Below, in pieces: positions 29,701-36,999 of a stretch of 62,939 bases of DNA. Source of the DNA: a virus (lineage: Duplodnaviria; Caudoviricetes); the IMG/VR virus record IMGVR_UViG_3300005573_000097, positions 1 to 62,939 of that record. The stretch is one strand, 5' to 3'. The translations under genes were made by a program, and so were the position numbers. The notes under the pieces were generated by a model. That model was given only the letters and a program-made list of their open reading frames with translations. It ran no database searches and was not told where the DNA came from. Position 1 is the first letter of the stretch, and every line of letters begins with the position of its first letter.

Positions 29701-29735
29701 AAAATTTACTTTTAAAAAGTAATTTTTGGAGTTAA
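26715..29735 (+). CDS. central tail fibre/host specificity protein (gpJ-like, FN3 domains)
   Basis: LVYGEVLVGG, YSNNPVL..YDYL, FN3-like LSWD..GYEIRY. Confidence 0.85.
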   Translation: MGAAAPFIVMSVFYVGTSILEYQYRPKPPKPKGRIVNGRSTQEILKLVYGEVLVGGNDVFIEADGQYLWIVQTLSEGPCQGVSTDSKGDIIYFSGKRIQEYSGYESHYFMSGELNQSVEPHLHAALPTFVETMHGVSYIVFKLKYNPNKYYGIPTREVLLKGKMLYDFRYNTTVYSNNPVLELYDYLTNHVYGLSKEASEIELGSWSDAATYCDNKGYMCNIAFDSRDTAKTIIDTILSYFKGTIISNQGQLSLLYADTTEESPVMVINDSHLIQNEDGTVQMTISQPSVFDKIDGLIVSYTDPTNDYKPNELIIGEDVGVLEEMDLTGINDKKIAGELATYYLERRQLDRTINVTLRDNAVQLLAHDLIMLTCSTMGIYNQLMRVTKTSIQSDGSVSVSLQYENDLLYNSSYDIKEATDVYTCNLPDPYAEPSQVENVVFSEETYNLKDKTYNRLKISWEISESYPYIDRVEVWVSSDGENYTHYNTGTDGSFFQPVEIGETWFFKFLPINIWKVKLAEERASTWIYQVQGKTAAPLSSVQNFNILVAGDTLHLSWDKVPDQDVIGYEIRYGLVWEQSIPLFIVDATSKTIIGMKPGNHTFLIKAKDALNNYSEDAAEKVVSVIGPPNYVEKSSTSYDFTSGTFSNTERYYSSNYGYVLRVFRQNLNDKLGIYVSNNRLICIDDMTSYLVNGQTLNVDCGSDGIKSCTVLKSELKNYCLLMQQAGTKYPKMSQNLFNLTVGHLYQVSFCVKRFSTSGDNVRTSLFGTYVDDTVNSSWCMKFCYFTANSTTTTLIIETTNILTLGIAFIRVLDVTTYKTVVSNGHFAVDNSDWIADGNTILTQTDTIGPPITDLTINETSLTNNLLNYDILDYNSNLEGSWESPIIDLTTSLNRRWWILYSLIFEDSSTSTWTNLFLANTNKTWNDILINNLTWIQAFNANEVGDMDAVFYWSDDGTTWNNATFFEILSMEVTARYIKFIIHLKDYSINRKIMLRENLLLKSNFWS

Positions 29736-29749
29736 CAAGGAGATTTTAA

Positions 29750-30487
29750 ATGGCATACATACCAAACATTCCATCTGTTGGAAATCCTGGATTGTCGGAT
29801 ATTCCAAAAATAGCAGATAATTTTTCCGCTTTAAGATGTAATGAAATTGGCCCTGCAGAACCATCAAATCTTGTTGCTGGTATGTTTTGGATAGATACTA
29901 CAACAAATATACTGAAGTTGTTATTATCAACAAATCCCAAAACATGGTTGTCTGTCATGAATTTCTCTGCTGCTGGATGTCCAAAAGCTCATATTGATAC
30001 AGATATAAGTGTCGGTGGAACAGCACATGGATTGACTAATGGACATGGAGGTAAAATTGATGCTGATAAACTTGATGGAAAACATGTAACTGAATTGTTA
30101 ATACCTAATTATTATTTAGGTAATAATGGTATTTCCCCATATGCTTCTAGTGATTGTGAACGTATTGCATATGCTGAAGGTATAATTAAAGAGTTTAAAC
30201 TGAATATCTTACCATCAACCACAATAAAAACTTATTTTGAAATGAAATCTATGAATGCTGATTATGCCGTAATAGGACAAATTTATAGAAATGGAGTAGC
30301 TGTTGGAACACTTAGAACAACATTTAGTACATCTTATGTTGGATACACGGAAAATATTCCTAATTGTAGTCCTAACGATTTAATTCAATTATATGTAAAC
30401 GTTGCAGGAGCTTGGTGGAATAATAATGTTGCAGTTAGAAATTTTCGTTTATTAGGAACAACTAATATTGAAGTTACTAAGGATTAA
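29750..30487 (+). CDS. tail fibre / receptor-binding protein
   Basis: N-terminal P...GMFWIDT, IDADKLDGKH fibre motif, C-terminal beta domain. Confidence 0.75.
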   Translation: MAYIPNIPSVGNPGLSDIPKIADNFSALRCNEIGPAEPSNLVAGMFWIDTTTNILKLLLSTNPKTWLSVMNFSAAGCPKAHIDTDISVGGTAHGLTNGHGGKIDADKLDGKHVTELLIPNYYLGNNGISPYASSDCERIAYAEGIIKEFKLNILPSTTIKTYFEMKSMNADYAVIGQIYRNGVAVGTLRTTFSTSYVGYTENIPNCSPNDLIQLYVNVAGAWWNNNVAVRNFRLLGTTNIEVTKD

Positions 30488-30501
30488 ATTTAGGATACTC
30501 T

Positions 30502-30882
30502 ATGATAAAACTTAAAAGAATTATAAGAGAAGATATAACTTTTGGAGTTTTAATTAAAGATGATAGAATTCCAATTTGTTTAACATTGGAACTTCCTTGG
30601 AAAGAAAATAAGGAAAATATTTCTTGCATTCCAGAAGGTAAATATCAATGTAAACTTATAAGTTCTGAAAAATTTAAAGAAGCTTATCATGTTTTAAATG
30701 TTAAAGATAGAAGTGGAATTTTAATTCATTCTGGAAACACCATTTCTGATAGCCAGGGTTGTATTATTCTAGGAAAGGAATTTGGAATACTTAATGGAAA
30801 ACTTGCAGTGTTAAAGTCAATTTCTGCATTTTATCTTTTAAAAGATTTTGTTGGAACCGAATTTGAATTAGAAATTTGCTAG
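30502..30882 (+). CDS. DUF5675-family protein (putative endolysin)
   Basis: CLTLELPW, SCIPEGKY, ILIHSGN..DSQGCIILG. Confidence 0.8.
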   Translation: MIKLKRIIREDITFGVLIKDDRIPICLTLELPWKENKENISCIPEGKYQCKLISSEKFKEAYHVLNVKDRSGILIHSGNTISDSQGCIILGKEFGILNGKLAVLKSISAFYLLKDFVGTEFELEIC

Positions 30883-30884
30883 AA

Positions 30885-30918
30885 AAAAGCCAGCTAATCT
30901 TATGAAAAGCTGGCTTTT
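30885..30918. terminator. bidirectional terminator between the convergent arms
   Basis: AAAAGCCAGCT...AGCTGGCTTTT. Confidence 0.8.
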
Positions 30919-30942
30919 GTTTATTACATCTTGAAATAAAAA

Positions 30943-31857
30943 TCACCAAGGTTGAATTAGCATAGGGTTTGTAATTTGATCCATTTCAAGATCTTTCTGA
31001 ACACTTAATTTTCCAAGGATTCTAAAGTTTTTGAAAGCAGCTCTTGTAGCGCCACTATCTGTCATTGCCCATAATTGAATTTCATCTCCATCATGAATAT
31101 TCTTAATAATACATTCCCTTTGTGTACCTCCACGATCACAACTATCTGCAAAAAGATTAGATGAACAAGTATGTTCACCTGTTAGAATTAATGATTGATC
31201 AACAGTTATACGATCTGAAAGATCTACATAACTTTTAGCCCTATCAAGATTCTTGGCTATGTATACAAAAATTCCAGTACCTCCTGCGTGACTAAAGTTT
31301 TTACTACCCATTTTCCAACCTATTCTAAGATTGGAAGCTGGACATTTATTAAGTTTAATAAATTTAATACAATGATAATTACCATCATTGTAACTTCTAA
31401 TCTCCTCTTTATCATTAGCATACCAAACATCTCTGCCATTACAGTCAATGTAGACATTAGAAGATCTTGAACAATAATCTTCAATAAGAGATCTAATTTG
31501 ATTCCACTGAAGAGATGTAAAATTAGTTCCAACAGTACCATATCCATTAATACCTGAAGATGATGAATTTGATCCAGAGGATCTTGATGGATCAAAACCT
31601 AAGACATTATCGGCAAAATCTTTTACAGCATTTGAGAGCCACGAATAACGAACTGTTGAATCTGATTGTTGAATCATAACAGGAATGTAAACTATGGAGT
31701 CATTCTTAGAATAATCTATAGGATTATAAACTGGATTATATATCTGATAGGCTTGATAATAATTTTGTAAATTTGAATAACTACTGAGAGTTTGAGCTTG
31801 AGAAATATTAAGATTTATTGTTACCAACAGTATTATTGTTATTAAGATCTTTTTCAT
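30943..31857 (-). CDS. secreted protein with a tail-fibre-tip-like C-terminal domain
   Basis: Sec signal MKKILITIILLVTINLNISQA; C-terminus aligns by eye with 29750..30487. Confidence 0.75.
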   Translation of the reverse strand: MKKILITIILLVTINLNISQAQTLSSYSNLQNYYQAYQIYNPVYNPIDYSKNDSIVYIPVMIQQSDSTVRYSWLSNAVKDFADNVLGFDPSRSSGSNSSSSGINGYGTVGTNFTSLQWNQIRSLIEDYCSRSSNVYIDCNGRDVWYANDKEEIRSYNDGNYHCIKFIKLNKCPASNLRIGWKMGSKNFSHAGGTGIFVYIAKNLDRAKSYVDLSDRITVDQSLILTGEHTCSSNLFADSCDRGGTQRECIIKNIHDGDEIQLWAMTDSGATRAAFKNFRILGKLSVQKDLEMDQITNPMLIQPW

Positions 31858-31946
31858 TCTTTTTCTCCATCATTTGATTCTAAAATATCTAAACGATCAT
31901 TGATCATATTAAGTTGAACTATGAGTTGATAGTTTATTCATTAGAA

Positions 31947-32462
31947 TTATTCCAATCCATAGAGATATTCTAATCTACAATTTTTAAAATACTTGCAGGA
32001 TAAGCATTCTTGAGACGTAGTTTGATGAGCAGGTAAAGGTGGTTCTATTGTCAATCCTGAAAAATATTTAAATCTGGTGCAATTTAAAATAGAATTTAAT
32101 TCAACATTGTCGAGTCTCTCTTTATCTCTACAAAATTTCATAGATTCAAGAAGAATTAAATAGACGATGACATCTCCAATCTTTTCCTGCCAGAACTCCA
32201 TTGGATGTTCAATATCTTTTTCAAGATCATTAATGGCATCTATGATAGAGATCCATTGTTTATTCATTAATCCTAAGAGATAGGATTCAGCAGTTTCTCC
32301 TTTTGTAATGCAGCCTAAATTAAAGTTGTGAAATCTGTCTCCAGATTGACTGCAATATTCCTGTCCTTTGAACATTAAGAGATTTCTAATCTTGTCAAGA
32401 CGAGATTTAAAGATGTTTTCTATAAAGATATGATCAGTTCCATTGATAGTTTTATTCATCAA
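31947..32462 (-). CDS. helical nucleotide-modification-associated / dNTP pyrophosphatase-like protein
   Basis: KGQEY...DRFHNF...K....EKIGDVIVYLILL pattern. Confidence 0.55.
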   Translation of the reverse strand: MMNKTINGTDHIFIENIFKSRLDKIRNLLMFKGQEYCSQSGDRFHNFNLGCITKGETAESYLLGLMNKQWISIIDAINDLEKDIEHPMEFWQEKIGDVIVYLILLESMKFCRDKERLDNVELNSILNCTRFKYFSGLTIEPPLPAHQTTSQECLSCKYFKNCRLEYLYGLE

Positions 32463-32650
32463 TCTTCCTCCTCAATGGTTATAGCATCTTCGGGACAACT
32501 TTCAATGCAATCTCTACAGTTATTGCAATTCTCTGAAGCAACCACTGAAATTTCACAAGAGGTAAAATCAAAGTAGAAAACATTTTCACAACAGCTTCTT
32601 TCACAATCACCACAGTTGGTACATTTGTCAACATTAATTGAAACTAACAT
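32459..32650 (-). CDS. 2x[4Fe-4S] ferredoxin
   Basis: CTNCGDCERSC and CNNCRDCIESCP. Confidence 0.88.
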   Translation of the reverse strand: MLVSINVDKCTNCGDCERSCCENVFYFDFTSCEISVVASENCNNCRDCIESCPEDAITIEEED

Positions 32651-32674
32651 CTTTTTCCTCCATGCATATAAGGT

Positions 32675-32989
32675 CTATTTATATTTAAGTTCTAATTCTC
32701 TATCAAGATCTATACGTAAATAAGATGCAAGGTCTAAAGTTCTAAATAAGATATCAATTAATTCCGTTGGAAATCCTTCAGGTTTTCCTCCTTTTTTATC
32801 ATTGATGGTTGTTGTTAGATACCCATTTCGATAATCTTCCAGAGCTTCTGAAATCTCAGAATGGATAAGACATAGTTTTGTAGGGATGTCATTTCCTTTC
32901 TTTAACTCTCCATTGATCATTTGATCATTCCAAAAACCTTTATTTAAGGCATTGAAATGAATCTTTTCTGCAAGTTCATTTAGAGTCAT
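32675..32989 (-). CDS. MazG-like NTP pyrophosphohydrolase, C-terminus apparently frameshifted
   Basis: LIHSEISEALE, KPEGFPTELID; the typical tail NRPYMHGGKRC lies in another frame just after the stop. Confidence 0.75.
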   Translation of the reverse strand: MTLNELAEKIHFNALNKGFWNDQMINGELKKGNDIPTKLCLIHSEISEALEDYRNGYLTTTINDKKGGKPEGFPTELIDILFRTLDLASYLRIDLDRELELKYK

Positions 32990-33386
32990 TAGATTTAGTT
33001 TCCTCTATTTTAATAATTTCTTCATAAAATTTTTTGCATTTAGAGCATAGTGACCAATTCTTTATCCACTGAAAAGGCATACTTAGAATCTCTCCATACC
33101 AGGTTGATTCATACATGATGCAACTTCTACTATTTGATAAACACCTTTCCAAACCTTTGATGTGGAGATATTCATGTAGAATAATTTTAGCTATCGCTTT
33201 CTCCCTTTGAAAGAAAATCCATTTTGGAAGATAAACATAGATGTTATTACCTTGATTTCTACCTAAGATATCTAATGTCCATCCACCATCCTTAACAAAG
33301 ATATTTATCTCTGATAGCTTGATATTGTAATCTGATAAATAACTTTGTATCTTATCAATGTCTCCATCAATACTCATCTTAATCAT
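32976..33386 (-). CDS. zinc metallopeptidase (archaemetzincin-like)
   Basis: HEYLHIKGLERC...CIM...LCSKC. Confidence 0.65.
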   Translation of the reverse strand: MIKMSIDGDIDKIQSYLSDYNIKLSEINIFVKDGGWTLDILGRNQGNNIYVYLPKWIFFQREKAIAKIILHEYLHIKGLERCLSNSRSCIMYESTWYGEILSMPFQWIKNWSLCSKCKKFYEEIIKIEETKSNDSK

Positions 33387-33441
33387 AATGATCCTTTAAA
33401 AGTTGATCTCTGAAAGAAATGAGATTTTCAATAAATTCTGA

Positions 33442-33918
33442 CTAGAGAAGTGCTTCATATCCAACATCAATTCTAAAGTTTCCTTCTTTGATAGCTACTC
33501 TAGCTAGTCTATCACATTCATTGTTGATTGGATTTTCTGCATGTCCTTTTATCCATTGAAATTCAACCTTTTGATGTCGATTCAGCTCCTCAAGAAGTTG
33601 TTTCCATAAATCGATATTCTTTACCCTTTCTGTTCCATTCCGATACCAATTAGCTTTCTGCCAGCGGTAGATCCAACCTTTGTTAACACAGTTTATAAGA
33701 TGCTGGCTATCTGTGTAGATAATAATGTTACTTGGATTTTTGATGGTTTGCAATCCTTTAATTACTGCATAGATTTCACATCGGTTGTTAGTTGTTAATT
33801 TAAAAGAACCATACTGAATAATATGAGGAGGCTGTTTATTTAAAATGATAAAGGCCCAACCTCCAGGCCCTGGATTACTGGAGCAAGCTCCATCTGTATA
33901 AAGTTCTAATTTTTCCAT
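33442..33918 (-). CDS. rnhA: ribonuclease HI
   Basis: YTDGACSSNPGPGGW, TTNNRCE, YTDS, KNIDLW, WIKGH..NECDRLA. Confidence 0.95.
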   Translation of the reverse strand: MEKLELYTDGACSSNPGPGGWAFIILNKQPPHIIQYGSFKLTTNNRCEIYAVIKGLQTIKNPSNIIIYTDSQHLINCVNKGWIYRWQKANWYRNGTERVKNIDLWKQLLEELNRHQKVEFQWIKGHAENPINNECDRLARVAIKEGNFRIDVGYEALL

Positions 33919-33991
33919 TAAGTATCCTCTTCAATAGTTTCATGACTTTCAGGATGGCACGAAAACCATCTAACTGTTATTTTAGAATCCA

Positions 33992-34252
33992 TCAATTCAT
34001 TCCATTTTCTCTATCATTTCCTTTCTTGGCAACCATATCAAATTCAAATTTAAACTTTTCTGGCACTTGATTAAATCCAAATTTTGGATTAAATTCATTA
34101 AAAAAGTCTTTTTGTAAATCACCATTTATATAACAATCGGAATTCTTTATAGCTGCAATCCAACATTTATTTACAGAATTGGTACTAAGTAACCAACCTA
34201 TGGAGAAACCTAAAAGGATGCCAAATGATAAGATTTCAAAAAAATTTAACAT
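33992..34252 (-). CDS. hypothetical membrane-anchored protein
   Basis: N-terminal hydrophobic helix; coupled ORF. Confidence 0.55.
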   Translation of the reverse strand: MLNFFEILSFGILLGFSIGWLLSTNSVNKCWIAAIKNSDCYINGDLQKDFFNEFNPKFGFNQVPEKFKFEFDMVAKKGNDRENGMN

Positions 34253-34839
34253 TAAATACCTCCAATCATTTGTGTGAATTTTTTAAAAAGTTCTCTAGTT
34301 GCTATGATATCGGATAAAGCATCATGTGCATTAAATTTAATATCCAAAGCATCACAAATTGTTTTAAGTTTATTATTCTCAAGTTGTGGAATCAATCCAA
34401 CATATTGAAGCCATTTTGCAGCCTCTACTGTATCCAGGGGATGGGTAGAATCAACAAAAGATCCCCAATAAGTATCTCCACCTGCATTTTTAAACCATGA
34501 TCTCATCATATTGAGATCAAAACGAACATTTTGACCAACAGCAATGAACTTGTCATTTTTATTAAATTTATCTACATGATAAGATAGGAGACTTTGAATT
34601 TGAGAATAGGTGTCACTTGGATGAGGGTAACTCTTCAGCATCTCTTTTGTAGTACCATTAGTATCGAGAGCCCTTTGATCGATATTTTCCCATCGGATAG
34701 GTTGAGAATAGAATTCTTTTTGATCTACAACTTCACCGTCGATTTCGATAATCATAGCAATTTGATAAGGATCGTGTTTGTATTCATAGAGGCCAGTGGT
34801 CTCAGTATCTAAAAATAATAATTTTCTATATCGATTCAT
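34252..34839 (-). CDS. DEDDh 3'-5' exonuclease (DnaQ-like)
   Basis: LDTETTG, GQNVRFD, AHDALSD. Confidence 0.9.
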   Translation of the reverse strand: MNRYRKLLFLDTETTGLYEYKHDPYQIAMIIEIDGEVVDQKEFYSQPIRWENIDQRALDTNGTTKEMLKSYPHPSDTYSQIQSLLSYHVDKFNKNDKFIAVGQNVRFDLNMMRSWFKNAGGDTYWGSFVDSTHPLDTVEAAKWLQYVGLIPQLENNKLKTICDALDIKFNAHDALSDIIATRELFKKFTQMIGGI

Positions 34840-34922
34840 AATTAATTTTTCTCCTCTTTTATCATTTCATTAATTCTATCAAATCTAGATAATTTCCAGC
34901 AGCTATAATTGCTATTGACATT

Positions 34923-35312
34923 TTAATTCACCTTTCCAGTAATTTTGCAATACTCCTCATGTTGCTTCATAAATTCATGCCAACCAAAATAAATTGGGAT
35001 ACCCATCTCCGTAGCAAAATCAATTTCGGAAATGACACCTTCTGATGTTGTTCTGCCGGAGATTACTAACATCATATTAGATACTGATAACCACTCTTTT
35101 GAATATTCTCTATACTGTTCAAGAGTGGGTTGATTTTTCTCTTCATTGATAAGAGCAAAGAGAAAATCAAGATGAGGAGTAAATGGTGCATAACCGAGAG
35201 ATAAAAGTTTCGATCCAGCGGAGATTCCCTCTCTGAGATTGGAAAGAACATCACAAACATTAGAAGCATTGATGGAACCTGCAACATAAACTTTTCTCAT
35301 ATAGATTCTCAC
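34923..35312 (-). CDS. nucleoside 2-deoxyribosyltransferase-like (DUF1937/DUF4406-type) protein
   Basis: VYVAGSI, GYAPFTPH, SEGVISEIDFA..GIPI. Confidence 0.7.
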   Translation of the reverse strand: MRIYMRKVYVAGSINASNVCDVLSNLREGISAGSKLLSLGYAPFTPHLDFLFALINEEKNQPTLEQYREYSKEWLSVSNMMLVISGRTTSEGVISEIDFATEMGIPIYFGWHEFMKQHEEYCKITGKVN

Positions 35313-35396
35313 TCCTTATTATGTTGTTTTAATTCTTTCATTTCTTTTAAATGTTCCATTAAATCTGAAAAGTAGTTTCTCTTTAGTCAATCCTTT

Positions 35397-35696
35397 CTAA
35401 TCAATACAACTTTCAATTTTAGATTTGAATTCTGAATTAAATTTATTGACTAAAAATTCTATAAAGTCATCATCAGACAGATATCTTTGTGATAAATCCT
35501 CCATTGATACTGAATATCGAATTTCTAAACCATATTTTAAACTGCGACTAATAAAAATTAAACCATAGCTATCTAATTTTAAATAAATTTCTGTATCAAT
35601 TTTGATTCCTTTTTTTAATTTATAAAGTAATGATTGAACTCCATATAAATATTTCATATCAGTATATCCAAATTTAGAATTTTCCATTTTTAACAC
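35397..35696 (-). CDS. hypothetical protein
   Basis: 99-aa ORF within the operon. Confidence 0.5.
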   Translation of the reverse strand: MLKMENSKFGYTDMKYLYGVQSLLYKLKKGIKIDTEIYLKLDSYGLIFISRSLKYGLEIRYSVSMEDLSQRYLSDDDFIEFLVNKFNSEFKSKIESCID

Positions 35697-35730
35697 CTTA
35701 AAATTTCTTATTAAACTTAAACTTTAAGAC

Positions 35731-36987
35731 TTAATACTTTTTCTTATCCTTTCCTTCCATATATTCCCAAGCAGTATAGTAAAGTCCATTATTCTTTGTT
35801 GCTGCTACTATCATTCTCCCTTCTTGTAAAGTGTCAAGAGCCATTTTTAACTCTACAAATGATGAAAATTTTCTATGATATTTCTTTATAATATCTGTGT
35901 GTAACATCCCTTCTTTTTTAGTTTTTTGAATATCTTCCAGAAGGTCATCTTTAGCAAGGAGATCTTTTGAACCACCAACATATCTCATTGCATGTTCCAT
36001 ATCCTGAGCAGCAGAGTAAATCATCTCCATTGCCATTTCAAGATGCTTCTTTCTTATTATTAATTTTGTAGATTCTGCAAGACTTAATATCATAGCAACT
36101 CTAAAGATATGATCATGAATTCTTTGATAGAAGGCAGCTAGCATTCCAGGAGGTAACTCAAATGGGAGATTCTGGTACCATTCATTGAAGTAAATTTCTG
36201 CATCAGGTTCCATTACCATCTTGCCATAAACTTGACTTACTTTTATTAGATACTCAAGAAGAAATTCCTGAAGATCCATTCTAAGAGTTGGATAACTGAT
36301 TCTGTTTCCAGTTCCTTTACTAGTGATAACTAAAGTTCTACCAAGAAATCCTGATTTCTTTGCATCCTCAGGAATAGCAACTCCAAATTGATCAGGGGTT
36401 GTAGCTGCTAAGATGTTGATGAAAGGATTTCGAACCTGACAATTACCATGATTTCTTGTTAAGAAAGATAGGTTTGATTTACATGTATAAGCTGCTGTAA
36501 AAAATGCTAAGAGATCTTTAGAATAGGCAGAAGAGTTGAAGAGATTTGTTAACTCATCAGCTACTATTATGGCAGATCCGTTAGCGATAGTCTTTGTAGA
36601 ATTTCTTTTATCAAAAGGAATTTGCCACTCTGGAGGGACTATAATTACTTTATTTAATTGATCCATAAGTCCCTCTAAGGTAAGTCTCTCATGAAAGATG
36701 GAGAGATTCTGTGCATAAGCATTCTTTCCTAATCTATGGTTAACTTCATGAAGAAGTTCAATTCCAATTCCATTTGCAACTGATTTTCTACAACCTCCTG
36801 AATCTGCCACAAAGAAGAGATAGAAGTTTGGGTAAATTTGATAAGAACCACGATCTAGCCATACCTTTCTTTGAGTGACAGCAGCTAAAAGGAAGATCCC
36901 TACGTATTTATGAAATATTGTAGGAGCTTCTTGATTAGCTGTATATTCTAAATATACATCAAGCCAACTCTTTCCATCAGACAACAT
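35731..36987 (-). CDS. putative replicative helicase (DUF3987-like P-loop)
   Basis: YPNFY..VADSGGCRKS, ADEL, ILAATTP, SGFLGR; adjacent to the polymerase. Confidence 0.75.
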   Translation of the reverse strand: MLSDGKSWLDVYLEYTANQEAPTIFHKYVGIFLLAAVTQRKVWLDRGSYQIYPNFYLFFVADSGGCRKSVANGIGIELLHEVNHRLGKNAYAQNLSIFHERLTLEGLMDQLNKVIIVPPEWQIPFDKRNSTKTIANGSAIIVADELTNLFNSSAYSKDLLAFFTAAYTCKSNLSFLTRNHGNCQVRNPFINILAATTPDQFGVAIPEDAKKSGFLGRTLVITSKGTGNRISYPTLRMDLQEFLLEYLIKVSQVYGKMVMEPDAEIYFNEWYQNLPFELPPGMLAAFYQRIHDHIFRVAMILSLAESTKLIIRKKHLEMAMEMIYSAAQDMEHAMRYVGGSKDLLAKDDLLEDIQKTKKEGMLHTDIIKKYHRKFSSFVELKMALDTLQEGRMIVAATKNNGLYYTAWEYMEGKDKKKY

Positions 36988-36999
36988 TCTTAACCTACC

